From positions 32,001 through 96,000 of the forward strand of contig CAXXHG010000008.1 of assembly GCA_963666315.2 (NCBI GenBank): DNA of 64,000 nt. Reading direction: 5' to 3'. The stretch is from Candidatus Binatia bacterium (GTDB lineage Bacteria; Desulfobacterota; Binatia; Bin18). The position numbers and the translations under genes were made by a program. Below the pieces are notes generated by a model. It saw only the letters and a list, made by a program, of their open reading frames with translations. It was not told the origin of the DNA and searched no databases. The stretch's first letter is position 1, and each line of letters opens with the position of its first letter. Positions 27,314-40,493 of this stretch are shown piece by piece.

Positions 27314-27700
27314 ATGCCGTTAGTGACATTCATTAAGCAAGATTTGACAATAGAGGTCCCAAAAGGTGCAAACCTGCGTGAGATCGCACTCGAAAATAAA
27401 ATTGAACTGTATCCGCTCTTTGGTCCTGACCCTTTCACGGGCATGCCGTTCCCTGCAAAGCTGCTCAACTGCCGGGGAAATGGCTTCTGCGGGACGTGTC
27501 GGATTAAAGTGAACGATCATCGCGCGCTCTCTCCTCCCACGCGTAAAGAGGAGAAAAAGGTCGCCTGGGAGGGGAAAGTCTACCGTTTGGCATGCCAGAC
27601 TCAGGTTCTTGATGATGTGGAGGTTGAGACCAATCCGCGTAGGCTCTCCTCGGGCTGGATGAACCACGCGACGTATGAAGGCATGAAAGAGATTTCCTAG
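27314..27700 (+). CDS. 2Fe-2S ferredoxin
   Basis: GANLR, NCRGNGFCGTC, RLACQ; AAGGAGG RBS. Confidence 0.9.
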   Translation: MPLVTFIKQDLTIEVPKGANLREIALENKIELYPLFGPDPFTGMPFPAKLLNCRGNGFCGTCRIKVNDHRALSPPTRKEEKKVAWEGKVYRLACQTQVLDDVEVETNPRRLSSGWMNHATYEGMKEIS

Positions 27701-27858
27701 ATGTCGCCTGGTCCTCGTTACGTTCACCTTGTTTTTAGACGATGCTGAGACGGCGCAGCCTGGAAATGGAGTCGATCGATAGACTGCATGAAGAATGCCG
27801 TACCCACAATATATTGTGTTCCGCAACACGGCTTGCCAAAGGGATAGCGGTTTGATAG

Positions 27859-29436
<1,578 letters not shown>

Positions 29437-29463
29437 AGGTGTTGCACCTCTGCAGGCAACACT

Positions 29464-30993
29464 ATGATTCTCATTCTTGATTTCGGCAGTCAGTACACCC
29501 AACTCATCGCCAGGCGCATTCGTGAAGCACACGTCTACAGCGAAATCCATCCGTATAATATCCCGCTTGAGCGCATTCAGGAGATAAACCCTGAGGGTAT
29601 CATTTTGTCCGGTGGACCGGCCAGCGTGTATGATGCGGGAGCGCCCGTTGTCGATGCTCCAGTGCTCGACGTACCTGTCCCGTTTCTCGGCATCTGTTAT
29701 GGGATGAATGTCCTGCATCAGCTTGCCGGTGGACATATCGCTCAAGCGGACCGGCGTGAGTTTGGTCCGGCCCAGCTTATTGTCGACGACACTGCCGACT
29801 TGTTCGCTGGTTTCTCGCCTGACTCGTCGAGCCAGGTCTGGATGAGCCACGGCGATAAAATGGAATCACTGCCGAGCGGTTGGAAAACGCTGGCGCATTC
29901 GGATAACTCACCTATCGCTGCCTGTCGAGATGATTCCGGCCGCTTCTTTGGCGTCCAGTTCCATCCTGAGGTCGTGCATACCGAATGTGGCAAAGAGGTC
30001 TTACAAAATTTTCTTTTTCAGATTTGCGACTGCGCTCCTGATTGGACCATGGCCGGGTTTGTCGAACGTGAAATACAACGCATCCGAGACCGCGTCGGAG
30101 ATCGGCGGGTGGTGTGTGGACTGAGTGGCGGGATAGACTCTGCGGTTGTTGCGATGCTGGTTCACAAGGCCATAGCGGATCGGCTCACCTGTATCTTTGT
30201 CGATAACGGCCTGCTACGCCGGGGTGAGGCTGAGGATGTCGTGCGCGTCTTTTCCCAGCTTGGGCTGAACCTGCGTCCGGTGAATGCGGCACAGCGCTTT
30301 CTGGCTCGACTGGAAGGGATAGACGACCCAGAGCAGAAGCGTCGCATTATTGGCCATACGTTTATCGAGGTGTTTGAAGAAGAGGCGCGAACGCTGCCAA
30401 ATGTAGAATATCTTGCCCAAGGCACCCTCTATCCTGATGTGATAGAATCGGCATCTTTCAAAGGACCGGCGGCAACGATTAAGAGCCATCACAACGTCGG
30501 CGGCCTACCGGAACAGATGCGCCTAGCCTTGATCGAACCGCTCCGAGAACTCTTTAAAGATGAAGTTCGCGTTTTAGGCCGTCTGCTTGGCCTGACTAAC
30601 GAAATTGTCGGTCGTCAGCCGTTCCCGGGCCCTGGGCTGGCGATACGCATTATTGGCCCTGTTCAGGCTGAGTTACTTGGTTTGCTGCGTGCGTCAGATG
30701 CCATTGTAGACGAAGAAATTCGTGCTGCAGGCTATTATGATCGTGTGTGGCAGGCTTTTGCCGTTTTACTACCCATAAAAACTGTGGGTGTCATGGGCGA
30801 TGCCCGGACGTATGAATACGTCATTGCCATCCGGGCCGTAGAGAGCGTAGACGGCATGACTGCAGACTGGGCGCGCCTGCCCGGAGATCTCTTAGGCCGA
30901 ATCTCGAATCGGATTATTAACGAAGTGCGCGGTATTAACCGCGTTGTATACGACATCTCTTCAAAACCACCGGCAACTATTGAATGGGAATAA
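29464..30993 (+). CDS. guaA: GMP synthase (glutamine-hydrolysing)
   Basis: [42 protein letters not shown]. Confidence 0.97.
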   Translation: MILILDFGSQYTQLIARRIREAHVYSEIHPYNIPLERIQEINPEGIILSGGPASVYDAGAPVVDAPVLDVPVPFLGICYGMNVLHQLAGGHIAQADRREFGPAQLIVDDTADLFAGFSPDSSSQVWMSHGDKMESLPSGWKTLAHSDNSPIAACRDDSGRFFGVQFHPEVVHTECGKEVLQNFLFQICDCAPDWTMAGFVEREIQRIRDRVGDRRVVCGLSGGIDSAVVAMLVHKAIADRLTCIFVDNGLLRRGEAEDVVRVFSQLGLNLRPVNAAQRFLARLEGIDDPEQKRRIIGHTFIEVFEEEARTLPNVEYLAQGTLYPDVIESASFKGPAATIKSHHNVGGLPEQMRLALIEPLRELFKDEVRVLGRLLGLTNEIVGRQPFPGPGLAIRIIGPVQAELLGLLRASDAIVDEEIRAAGYYDRVWQAFAVLLPIKTVGVMGDARTYEYVIAIRAVESVDGMTADWARLPGDLLGRISNRIINEVRGINRVVYDISSKPPATIEWE

Positions 30994-31025
30994 TTCGCGA
31001 ATGGGAATGAGGGGAGGCTGAGACG

Positions 31026-34000
31026 ATGGGGTTTGCACATCTCCACCTGCATACGCAATACAGCCTGCTTGACGGGGCGAATAAGGTGTCTAACCTCATG
31101 CCGCGTATTGCAGAATACGGCATGTCGGCGGTGGCTATGACCGACCACGGCAATATGTTTGGGACGATTGATTTTTACCGTACGGCTGCCAGCCATGGGG
31201 TGAAACCGATCATCGGCTGCGAGGTGTATGTTGCGCCGAAGAGCCGCTTCGATAAGCAACCTCGGGGCGCAGACGACCTTGAGCACGGCGGGAATTTTCA
31301 TCTCATTCTATTAGCCATGAATCTGGCTGGCTATCGGAATCTGTGTCGTCTGGTTACTGCTGGATTTACCGAAGGATTCTACCGTAAACCGCGTGTTGAT
31401 CGAGAGCTGCTGCGTGAGCTGAACGGCGGTATTATTGCCCTATCGGGCTGCCTGAGCGGGGAATTGGCCAAAGCCATGCTGCGCGATGACGGCAAGCGTG
31501 CGCGTGCGGCCGCTCAAGAGTACGCCTCCATCTTTAACGAACGCTTTTATATCGAGATCCAAGCCAACCATTTACCCGAACAAGAAAAAATTAACCCGGC
31601 GCTTATTGAACTCGCTCGCGAACTGTCGCTGCCCTTAGTGGCCACAAATGACTGTCACTACTTAAAAGCCGAAGATTCCGAGGCGCATGAGGTTTTGCTG
31701 TGTGTCCAAAGCGCTAAGGTCATGTCGGATGAAAACCGCTGGCGCTTTGGTACCGATCAGCTGTACGTTAAAACACCCGAGGAAATGGAAGCGGAGTTCT
31801 CCCACTGCCCGGACGCTGTGGCGAATACGCTCGACGTGGCGAATCGGTGCAATCTGGAGTTGTCCTTCGGGAACTTCCATTTCCCTGTTTTTGTTACCCC
31901 GCAAGGCGAAACGCTTGAAGAGTGCTTAGAGAAAAATGCGCGCGAGGGGCTTGAAGAACGCCTCAAACCGCTGCGTGCCAACGAGAAAGATTGGGACGCA
32001 GCCAAAGAGCAGCAGTATCAAGATCGACTCGCCTATGAACTCAATATTATCGGCGAAATGGGCTTTCCCAGCTATTTCCTGATCGTGGCCGATTTTATTG
32101 GCTACGCCAAGTCTCAGGGCATTCCGGTCGGCCCCGGCCGCGGCTCAGCGGCAGGCAGTTTGGTTGCGTATGCACTCCGGATAACCGACGTTGACCCCAT
32201 CTGTTACGAACTCCTCTTTGAACGATTTCTCAACCCTGGCCGTAAGAGCATGCCTGATATTGATGTGGACTTTTGCTACGTACGCCGGGATGAAGTTATT
32301 CGGTATATCAAAGATAAATATGGCGAGGATAAAGTTGCCCAGATCATTACGTTTGGTACGCTGAAGGGCAAGCAGGCCATTAGAGACGTGGGCCGCGCAC
32401 TCGAATTCTCGTATGCAGAGACTGACCGGATTGCCAAACTCTATCCCGCGCCAAAACAAGGCAAAGATCACCCCCTGGAAACGGCCTTGGGCATGGAACC
32501 ACGCTTGCGTGAGGTCCGCGAACGGGGTGAGCGAGAACAGAAGCTGTTTGAGCATTCAATCAAGCTGGAAGGACTGCTGCGCCACGCCTCAAAGCATGCG
32601 GCCGGCATAGTAATTTCTCCTTCCCCGCTCGTCGAGCACTTACCGCTGTATGTCGATAAAGAAAAGAATGTGCTGACCCAGTTCGCCGGTCCGGATGTGG
32701 ATTCCATCGGTCTGATTAAGTTTGACTTCTTGGGTTTAAAGACATTGACCCTGGTGCATGATGTGGTCAAACGTATTAATGAAAGTCGGGACATTGACGT
32801 TGACCTGAGTACGCTGCCGCTTGATGATCGGGCTACCTATCAATCACTGACGAAGGGCGATACGGTCGGTGTCTTCCAAATGGAGGGCAGCGGCATTCGC
32901 AAGCTGATCACGCAGCTTAAACCGGGTTGTTTTGAAGACGTTTTTGCCGTCATCGCTCTCTTTCGACCGGGGCCGCTGGATAGCGGTGCAGCCGAACAGT
33001 TTATCAAGCGTAAAAACGGCAAAGAGCCGGTCTCGTATCCCCATCCATCGCTTGAGCCGGTGCTCAAAGAAACCTACGGCGTCACCATTTATCAAGAGCA
33101 GGTCATGCAGATTGCCCAGATACTGGCTGGATACTCTTTGAGCGATGCGGATAATCTGCGCCGCGCCATGGGCAAAAAGAAAAAAGAGGTGATGCAACAG
33201 GAACGGGCGAAGTTTCTTAAGGGTGCTGCACAGAATAAGATTAAGGATAAGCTCGCCGGCGAAGTTTTTGATGCCATGGAAACGTTTGCCGCCTACGGGT
33301 TTAATAAATCCCATGCGGCGTCTTACGCCTTGATCTCGTACCAAACCGCCTATCTCAAAACGCACTATCCCCCGGAGTTCATGGCCGGGCTGACGAGTCT
33401 GGAGATGGGCGACACAAATAAGACTTATAAAAATATTGCTGAATGCCGGGTGCACAATATCCCGGTCCTGCCACCGGACGTGAATGAGAGCGGGGAGAGT
33501 TTTACGGTCCGAGGAAAAACTCTGCGCTTTGGGCTGGGTGCAATCAAAGGTGTGGGCTCAAAAGCGATTGATGTGATTCAGACTGCACGCCAGGATGGGC
33601 CGTTTACCGATCTGTATGATTTTTGCACCAGGGTACACAACTCTCAAGTCAATAAGCGGGTAGTAGAAAATTTAATCAAATGTGGAGCGTGTGATGCCTT
33701 TGGCATGCCGCGCGCCCGACTCCTGGCCGGGGTGGAAGAGACGATGCGCTGGTCGGCTCTCAAAGCCAGTGGCGCCGGCAATGGGAACCAGATGGGACTC
33801 TTTTCCAGCGCAAACGGATCAACTGACCCTACGCATCCTGAGCTGCCCCAGATTGAAGAGTGGTCGGATATCGACAAACTCAACCGTGAGCGTGAAACCC
33901 TCGGCTTTTTTATTACGGGTCATCCGCTCGACAAATACGTGGGCCGGCTGCACGGTGTGATCTCGTCTACCACAGAAAAACTGAAGGGTCACGGCCACCA

Positions 34001-34499
34001 AGAAAAAGTGCGCTTAGCCGGGGTGATTCAGTCCCTGAAGCTGAAGAATAATAAAAAGGGCGACCGCTACGCGACGTTTACCTTCGAAGACAAAGCCGGC
34101 GGGGTCGAGGTCATTGTCTGGCCAGAGGCCTATCGTCGGCATGAAGCAGATATTCATTCCGACCAACCCATGTATTTGTGCGGTTCCCTGGATGTTGATG
34201 ACGAGCGATGTCAAATTATCGCCAATGAGATAGTCCCGTTGGACTCCGTTGCGAAGGATGAAGTCGAGCAAGTGCATATCCAAGTACCAGCAGATATCGC
34301 AACAAAAGAAGATTTTGTCGCACTCCGTTCGGTCCTGACTGAGCATCAAGGCCAGTGTCATACGTTTCTCCATCTTTTGCGGCCTGATCAGACAGAAACG
34401 GTCATTGCACTTCCCGAGCAACTCAAGGTCGCGCCAACGGATGCCATGCTGGCGGCCGTTGAGCAGTTGTTCGGCAGCGGAGTTGCGTCGTTTCACTAG
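31026..34499 (+). CDS. dnaE: DNA polymerase III alpha subunit
   Basis: PHP domain [49 protein letters not shown] fold. Confidence 0.98.
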   Translation: MGFAHLHLHTQYSLLDGANKVSNLMPRIAEYGMSAVAMTDHGNMFGTIDFYRTAASHGVKPIIGCEVYVAPKSRFDKQPRGADDLEHGGNFHLILLAMNLAGYRNLCRLVTAGFTEGFYRKPRVDRELLRELNGGIIALSGCLSGELAKAMLRDDGKRARAAAQEYASIFNERFYIEIQANHLPEQEKINPALIELARELSLPLVATNDCHYLKAEDSEAHEVLLCVQSAKVMSDENRWRFGTDQLYVKTPEEMEAEFSHCPDAVANTLDVANRCNLELSFGNFHFPVFVTPQGETLEECLEKNAREGLEERLKPLRANEKDWDAAKEQQYQDRLAYELNIIGEMGFPSYFLIVADFIGYAKSQGIPVGPGRGSAAGSLVAYALRITDVDPICYELLFERFLNPGRKSMPDIDVDFCYVRRDEVIRYIKDKYGEDKVAQIITFGTLKGKQAIRDVGRALEFSYAETDRIAKLYPAPKQGKDHPLETALGMEPRLREVRERGEREQKLFEHSIKLEGLLRHASKHAAGIVISPSPLVEHLPLYVDKEKNVLTQFAGPDVDSIGLIKFDFLGLKTLTLVHDVVKRINESRDIDVDLSTLPLDDRATYQSLTKGDTVGVFQMEGSGIRKLITQLKPGCFEDVFAVIALFRPGPLDSGAAEQFIKRKNGKEPVSYPHPSLEPVLKETYGVTIYQEQVMQIAQILAGYSLSDADNLRRAMGKKKKEVMQQERAKFLKGAAQNKIKDKLAGEVFDAMETFAAYGFNKSHAASYALISYQTAYLKTHYPPEFMAGLTSLEMGDTNKTYKNIAECRVHNIPVLPPDVNESGESFTVRGKTLRFGLGAIKGVGSKAIDVIQTARQDGPFTDLYDFCTRVHNSQVNKRVVENLIKCGACDAFGMPRARLLAGVEETMRWSALKASGAGNGNQMGLFSSANGSTDPTHPELPQIEEWSDIDKLNRERETLGFFITGHPLDKYVGRLHGVISSTTEKLKGHGHQEKVRLAGVIQSLKLKNNKKGDRYATFTFEDKAGGVEVIVWPEAYRRHEADIHSDQPMYLCGSLDVDDERCQIIANEIVPLDSVAKDEVEQVHIQVPADIATKEDFVALRSVLTEHQGQCHTFLHLLRPDQTETVIALPEQLKVAPTDAMLAAVEQLFGSGVASFH

Positions 34500-34528
34500 G
34501 CTGGCGTAGGAGAGGAGAAAGGACCCGA

Positions 34529-35905
34529 TTGCCTGTGTCTGGACGTCGCCGTCGGAATAATCACGAACAGACACCAACGCCGGAGCAGGCTTTTCTCGTC
34601 GGTGTTGAGTGGCCTCAGAATCAGAGGCGTCAGGATGGCAATGCAGGCGCACCGCATTTTACGGCTGTTGAATCCATTGCTGAGCTAGCGCGCTTAAGTG
34701 AGACTGCCGGACTGACCGTCTCAGGTCACGCGATTCAACTCTTACGCAAGGGCGTGCATCCCGCATCGTTTATCGGCGCCGGGAAGGTTGCTGAAGTCAA
34801 GCGTCTCAGCCAGGAAGTCGAAGCCGGGGTTGTTATCTTCGACGATAGTCTGTCGCCGGCTCAGCAGAGAAATTTGGAGCGTGATCTGTGTTGTAAGGTC
34901 ATAGACCGCAGCCAACTCATCCTCGATATTTTTGCACAACGGGCCCAAAGTCGGGCGGGCAAGCTGCAGGTCGAACTCGCTCAGCTCGAATACCTGCGTC
35001 CCCGCTTAACCCGCCAGTGGACCCATTTATCTCGACTTGGTGGTGGGGTGGGAACACGCGGTCCAGGAGAATCCCAGCTTGAGGTCGACCGTCGGCGTAT
35101 CCGAGAGCGCATTGCCACCCTGCGGCGCAAACTGCGAGAAGTAGAACGAACACGGTCGCTGCATCGGCACGAGCGGGAGCGGGTACCCTTTCCCTGCGTC
35201 GCGTTGGTCGGTTATACCAATGCCGGGAAGTCCACCCTGATGAATCGACTGACCCAAGCTGGTGTTTTTGTCGAAGATACGCTCTTTGCCACGCTTGATC
35301 CGACCAGTCGTCGCTTTGCGCTGCCGGACGGACAGCCCGCGATTGTTATTGATACCGTCGGGTTTATTAATAAACTGCCGCATCAACTGGTGGACTCTTT
35401 TAAAAGTACCCTTGAAGAAGTCCGGACGGCTGACCTGCTCTTGCACGTTATTGATGCGACCCATCCACGCTGGCTTGAGCAGCAGATGGTTGTTGAGCAC
35501 GTGTTGGACGAGATCGGGGCCGGGCAGCAGCCGACGATTACCGTCTTGAATAAAATCGACAGCCTGCCTCACGGGGGTGATGCCGAGGTGCGAGACGACG
35601 GAAAGTTCGCCCCTTCTCTACAAGTGAATAGCCAGGAGCTGAACTCTGGCGGGATGTATCGTGTGTCCGCGAAGAAGGGCACGGGTGTCCCTCCGTTATT
35701 GGAGGAAATCGCGCGCCGGCTCACCGCTGATCAGAATCTCATCCAGCTGGAATTGCCGCTTGGAAGCGGCGAGCTCCTAGCCTGGTTGCGGCGCAGTGGC
35801 ACAGTGCTAGAAGAAACGTATACGGATACCTGTGTGCAGGTGGCCGCTCGTGTATCAGCTAAAGTGGCGGGACAACTGCAGAAGCGACTGGTGCTGGACG
35901 GCTGA
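34529..35905 (+). CDS. hflX: GTPase HflX
   Basis: [45 protein letters not shown]; start codon uncertain. Confidence 0.95.
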   Translation: MPVSGRRRRNNHEQTPTPEQAFLVGVEWPQNQRRQDGNAGAPHFTAVESIAELARLSETAGLTVSGHAIQLLRKGVHPASFIGAGKVAEVKRLSQEVEAGVVIFDDSLSPAQQRNLERDLCCKVIDRSQLILDIFAQRAQSRAGKLQVELAQLEYLRPRLTRQWTHLSRLGGGVGTRGPGESQLEVDRRRIRERIATLRRKLREVERTRSLHRHERERVPFPCVALVGYTNAGKSTLMNRLTQAGVFVEDTLFATLDPTSRRFALPDGQPAIVIDTVGFINKLPHQLVDSFKSTLEEVRTADLLLHVIDATHPRWLEQQMVVEHVLDEIGAGQQPTITVLNKIDSLPHGGDAEVRDDGKFAPSLQVNSQELNSGGMYRVSAKKGTGVPPLLEEIARRLTADQNLIQLELPLGSGELLAWLRRSGTVLEETYTDTCVQVAARVSAKVAGQLQKRLVLDG

Positions 35906-35926
35906 GACGATAGTGAAAGGGATCTG

Positions 35927-36499
35927 TTGCAACCGGTGTTTTCTGTGCTGAATCTTCCGAACTTTATCACCTTTTTGCGCATCGGGGCCATTCCGATCTT
36001 TCTTATTCTCTTGACGGACGAGCGATATACCGAGGCGCTCGTTGTCTTTATTTTTGCTGGTATCACTGATTCGCTTGATGGTCTGGTCGCCCGTTTGATG
36101 GACTCGCGCACGACGCTGGGTGCTTTCATTGACCCACTGGCTGACAAACTCCTGCTGATCAGCTCTTTTGTCATTCTCGCCTTCTTAGGGTTCATTCCGC
36201 GTTGGTTGACCGTGCTGGTCATCAGTCGCGATGTTATTATTTTGAGCGGCTTTATCGTCCTGTTCTTTGTCACGGGTCACTCGATTGAAGTCCGTCCCAG
36301 TTTCGTGGGGAAAGCCTGTACATTTTTTCAATTACTGACCGTAATTTTAACCCTGGTGGCGCTTCACAACGCGAACTGGACGTACCCGCTGGTGTGGCAT
36401 CTTACCCTGACTCTGGCCGGTGCCGCGACGGTCATATCGGGCTTGCAATATTTGTCTCGCGCCCTGGTGTGGTTCAACCAGCAAGAGGATGTTCCCTAA
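35927..36499 (+). CDS. CDP-alcohol phosphatidyltransferase (PgsA/cardiolipin synthase-like)
   Basis: NLPNFIT..R, DSLDGLVAR......LGAFIDPLADK. Confidence 0.9.
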   Translation: MQPVFSVLNLPNFITFLRIGAIPIFLILLTDERYTEALVVFIFAGITDSLDGLVARLMDSRTTLGAFIDPLADKLLLISSFVILAFLGFIPRWLTVLVISRDVIILSGFIVLFFVTGHSIEVRPSFVGKACTFFQLLTVILTLVALHNANWTYPLVWHLTLTLAGAATVISGLQYLSRALVWFNQQEDVP

Positions 36500-36588
36500 C
36501 GCAGGGACGGGGACCGTTGGTTGAGTAGGCTGCGGGGGGTTGCTAAGCTGCCCGTCTGCTGCATACAACGAATGGCCCGGAGGAGGGG

Positions 36589-37362
36589 GTGAGGATTGTG
36601 ATCCAGGTATTTCCCCGTATCGACAATACCAAATTAATGGACCTGTTTCGGAAGGGAGTCGCCGGCCAGTGGTCGGCAACCGAAATTGACTGGACCCGCC
36701 CACCGACCCTCGACCGCCATGAGAAGCGGGCTTTTGCGATGGTATTGACCCCGATTTACTTAGGTGAGCAAATGGCCATGATCGGGGCCAGCACGGCCAT
36801 TCCGCAGTGCTTTGCCGCGCATGAGACTGAGGCGCAGTTGTATTTGTCGACTTTCCTCCTTGATGAGGCCCGCCATTTTGAGACACTGACCCGCTTCTAC
36901 AACACGCTCAATGAACGCCCGCTTGAAGTCCGTGAATTACGAGACATGTTCCGCTATCAAGCACGTTTGTTCAAGTCGCGCGACCGGGTCGAGTGGTTGT
37001 GGGGCATTCTGCTGAGCGATATTCTTGCCCGTCATTTTTACAGCATACTCGCAAAAGCCCATCCGGACTCTCTGTTTGCGCAAATTGCCGGGCGCATTTT
37101 ACGGGACGAAGCCCGCCATCTCGCCTTTGCCGAGCTGTATTTGCGAGCGGCATTAGAACGTGAGCCGGAGCGTGGACCCGGTTTTCTCCGGACGCGGGAT
37201 GAACTCTTACGCTTAATGGAATCAATCTATGCTGCCCTCAAATCTGAGGCTGTCCTCATAGGCATAGACGGACAGACACTGTTCAATGCCATAAATCGTG
37301 ATATCGAGAACAAAGTCAAACGGTTGCGCCTGCGCGAGGAAGAGGATTCGGCAGCGATATGA
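36589..37362 (+). CDS. Ferritin-like diiron-carboxylate protein (R2lox/AurF/desaturase superfamily)
   Basis: QWSATEIDW, GEQ, two DEARH motifs; stop overlaps the next ATG (ATGA). Confidence 0.82.
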   Translation: MRIVIQVFPRIDNTKLMDLFRKGVAGQWSATEIDWTRPPTLDRHEKRAFAMVLTPIYLGEQMAMIGASTAIPQCFAAHETEAQLYLSTFLLDEARHFETLTRFYNTLNERPLEVRELRDMFRYQARLFKSRDRVEWLWGILLSDILARHFYSILAKAHPDSLFAQIAGRILRDEARHLAFAELYLRAALEREPERGPGFLRTRDELLRLMESIYAALKSEAVLIGIDGQTLFNAINRDIENKVKRLRLREEEDSAAI

Positions 37363-38687
37363 AGGTCGCCGCTCAGCCGGCGGACGCTGTTCCTCCGGCG
37401 GACGCCCCTCGGCCGCGTATGTCGCGCTGGCCACGCGGGAATAAACCTGAGTGGATTGCCGAACGTCAAGAAGTGCTGCGCGCTTTACCGCACTGGGATG
37501 CTGAACATCAGCACGTCTTGGATGGACCGCTCTCCGCGCTCACTCCGTTTCAGGAATGTCTCACCGGCCAGATGACGCTGCCCGTCGGGGTGGTCGGCCC
37601 TGTGGTGCTCAATTGCGGTCAATACCAGTGTGATCCGAAAGGCAAACTCCGCGAGCTAGGGCGGGAAGACCGCCAGGTCTATGTCCCCTTGGCACATACC
37701 GAGGGCGGCCTGTCGGCATCGATACAGCGTGGCGTGAAGGCCGTCGCGCTTGCCGGTGGGGTGCGAACGCAGGTGCTGGCGGATCGTATCACGCGCGGGT
37801 CTTGTTTTGTATTTTCGTCAACGCACGAAGCCGTCGTCCTGGCTGAGTGGGTGAGTGAGCATATGGAAGAAATGATTTCCTGGCTTACAGATCCGGATAA
37901 TCCGCTGCTCTCCCAACAGGTGAATAAAACCGCCGTACTGAGCCGGCATGCGGTGCTGCATGAAGTCGAGACCCACGTCATCGGACCGATGTGCCACGTC
38001 CTGTATCGGTTCACCACTGGGGACGCCTGTGGACCGAATATGATGACGCGCAACGCGTACGCGCTCAATCACGCCTATATCCTGGAGCGCTTCCCGATCG
38101 ACTCCGGCATCACGCCGCTCCGGATTTTTTTGGAAGCCAATATGGGCGGGGATAAAAAACCGAGCCATGCCTTTTTTCAGTTCTCCGGCCACGGCAAGGT
38201 TGTGCATGCTGAGGTCACCGTGCCTGATACGGTGCTGCGACGGGTGTTACGTGTGGCCGGGGTGGATATTCTGGCCTTGGAACACGCCGGACTGCACGGG
38301 GCGCATGCGAGTGGTATGCAGTCGTTCGCCTTTACCCCGGCCTCGGCTATTGCCGCCATTTTTGCTGCAACCGGACAAGATCTGGGGATGGTCGGGACGA
38401 GTAGTATGGCCCAGGTGACAGCAACCGCCGTGACGAGGGGATTGCATCTGTCCATTCGATTTGCCGGACTCGAAGTCGGCACCCTGGGCGGTGGAACCAG
38501 CCTGCCGCATGCGCGCTCGTATCTCCAACTGCTGGACTGCTGGGGTGAGGGCAAAGTCTACCGGTTTGCCCAGATCATTGCCGCGACGGCCCTGTGTCTT
38601 GAACTGTCGGCCTCGGCGAGTATGGCCACGGATGGCAGTCGTAATTTTCTGCAGGCCCATTCTGCGCGGGGCGGGTTGCGGGAATAA
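37359..38687 (+). CDS. Class I HMG-CoA reductase-fold oxidoreductase (divergent)
   Basis: PLAHTEGG, TGDACGPNM, GDKKPS, ATGQDLG, VGTLGGGT, ELS...QAH. Confidence 0.85.
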   Translation: MKVAAQPADAVPPADAPRPRMSRWPRGNKPEWIAERQEVLRALPHWDAEHQHVLDGPLSALTPFQECLTGQMTLPVGVVGPVVLNCGQYQCDPKGKLRELGREDRQVYVPLAHTEGGLSASIQRGVKAVALAGGVRTQVLADRITRGSCFVFSSTHEAVVLAEWVSEHMEEMISWLTDPDNPLLSQQVNKTAVLSRHAVLHEVETHVIGPMCHVLYRFTTGDACGPNMMTRNAYALNHAYILERFPIDSGITPLRIFLEANMGGDKKPSHAFFQFSGHGKVVHAEVTVPDTVLRRVLRVAGVDILALEHAGLHGAHASGMQSFAFTPASAIAAIFAATGQDLGMVGTSSMAQVTATAVTRGLHLSIRFAGLEVGTLGGGTSLPHARSYLQLLDCWGEGKVYRFAQIIAATALCLELSASASMATDGSRNFLQAHSARGGLRE

Positions 38688-38697
38688 CCAGACTTTT

Positions 38698-38723
38698 GTA
38701 AGGGTGGTTCACGAACCCCCTAT
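38698..38723. repeat. Degenerate GTAG-REP hairpin
   Basis: GTAAGGGTGGTTC-AC-GAACCCCCTA, similar to the REP at 46755. Confidence 0.55.
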
Positions 38724-38740
38724 CAGGGGAATATTCTTAT

Positions 38741-39634
38741 ATGGCTACCCCTCTCATGCGTCTCATCGTGAATCCGACCGCCGGCGGCGGGAAAGGCGTT
38801 GCCATTGCACACCAAGTCAGCCGAGAGCTCAAGCAGCGCCAGCTGAAACACGAAGTCTTGTATAGTCGCGCACCGACTGAGCCCAGGCTGTTGGCGGGTC
38901 GGGCTGTAGAAGCAGGCTGCTCCCTGGTGGTCGGCATTGGGGGTGATGGCTTATTGAGTGCGGTAGCAAACGTCTTAGTTGGCACGGACACCGCCCTAGG
39001 GATTATTCCTGCCGGACGGGGCAACGACATTGCGCGCGGCCTTGGTCTTCCGCTCGGTATCCCTGCGGCGTGTCAGGTATTGGCGCAACAACAGATGCAA
39101 CGGATTGATGTCGGCCAGGCGCATGATACCTATTTCTTCTCGGTCGCCCTGATGGGTGTAGCGGCCGACATTAATCGTCGCGCGAATCGGCTGGGACGGT
39201 TCCGGATCAATGCCATCTACTCCCTGCTGACTGTTGTTTCGGTTTTTTTATCTTCTCCTCGGGCCTTTACCATCAGTTGTGATGGACGTGAGCAACGCTG
39301 CTATAGCTGGCTTATTGCCGTCGGTAACACCTGGAGTTCTGGCCGGGGGATGAAACTCGTTCCTGGGGCGAGGGTGGATGACGGTGTCTTAGATACCTGT
39401 CTGGCGCATGGCATGGGGCGGCTGGAGCTTTTGCTGCGGGTCTTTCCGCGTGTGTTCCGCGGGACGCACGTCTACCTGACCGGTATTGAGAGTTTGCGAG
39501 GCAGGGAAATGGTGATCAGTGCGGATAGCCCGTGTGATATCTATGCGGATGGTGAACGGATCGGCCCGTTACCTGTCACACTCCGAGCGATTCCGCAGGC
39601 CCTGAAGGTCATTCTCCCCGCAGACTATCATTAA
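38741..39634 (+). CDS. Diacylglycerol/sphingosine kinase family lipid kinase (YegS/DgkB-like)
   Basis: IVNPTAGGG, GGDG, IPAGRGND, IDVG, DDG, YADGE. Confidence 0.9.
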   Translation: MATPLMRLIVNPTAGGGKGVAIAHQVSRELKQRQLKHEVLYSRAPTEPRLLAGRAVEAGCSLVVGIGGDGLLSAVANVLVGTDTALGIIPAGRGNDIARGLGLPLGIPAACQVLAQQQMQRIDVGQAHDTYFFSVALMGVAADINRRANRLGRFRINAIYSLLTVVSVFLSSPRAFTISCDGREQRCYSWLIAVGNTWSSGRGMKLVPGARVDDGVLDTCLAHGMGRLELLLRVFPRVFRGTHVYLTGIESLRGREMVISADSPCDIYADGERIGPLPVTLRAIPQALKVILPADYH

Positions 39635-39712
39635 GTATGAAAGTCGTGGGGGATATGGTACACGAGCGGCATATACACTGGTAACCGCACAAGCAGAAAA
39701 AGGGGAGATAGC

Positions 39713-40493
39713 ATGGCCTGTAAGGAAGAATTCCTTGACGTACGCGGAAAGAAAATTCAAATGCTCTCCGGCGGCTCTGGGGACCCGTTGCTCTACTTAC
39801 ACAGCGCTGGGGGGGGAAGTTGTCTGGCTGCCTTTTTTCGAACAGCTTTCCCAGCACTACACCGTCTATGTTCCGGGCCACCCGGGATTCAGCCAGTCTG
39901 AAGGGCTGGATCAAATCGATAGCATAGAAGATTTGGTCTTCCACTATACAGACCTGATGGATCAAATCGGCCTCGACCAGCCCTATGTGGTAGGTTTGTC
40001 GTTGGGCGGTTGGTTGGCGGCTGAATTGGCAACGCGATATGCGAATCGCATAAAAAAATTAGCCTTGGTCAATCCCGTGGGATTGCGCGTACCCGGGTCC
40101 CCCATGGCGGATATTTTTGCGGCAAACCCACAGGAAACCCGTCAGCTGGTTTTTCATGATCCGGACTCTGAGCTAGCCAAGACGTTTATCCCGGACGAAC
40201 CGTCTCAGGAAGTACTCGAAAATGCTCTGCGGGCGCGAGAGGCGACTGCCCGGGTAGGCTGGAATCCCTATCTATCCAATCCTAAGCTGCGGGGTCGATT
40301 GTATCGCATTACGGTTCCGACTGTGATTGTGTGGGGAGAGTCGGATCGTCTGGTCCCGGTCGAGCATAGCCGAGCGTATCATGAGGGTATTGCCGGCTCA
40401 CAGCTCATCATGCTGCCCGAGTGTGGCCATACCCCACCGTTTGAAAAGCCGCGAGAGACGGCGCAACATTTGGCAGAATTTTTTCAGGCCTGA
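39713..40493 (+). pseudogene. Alpha/beta hydrolase interrupted by one extra base in a G8 run
   Basis: MACKEEF...PLLYLHSAGG continues as EVVWLPFF...HPGF...GLSLGG...WGESD...CGH if the G run at 39809-39816 were G7. Confidence 0.82.
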
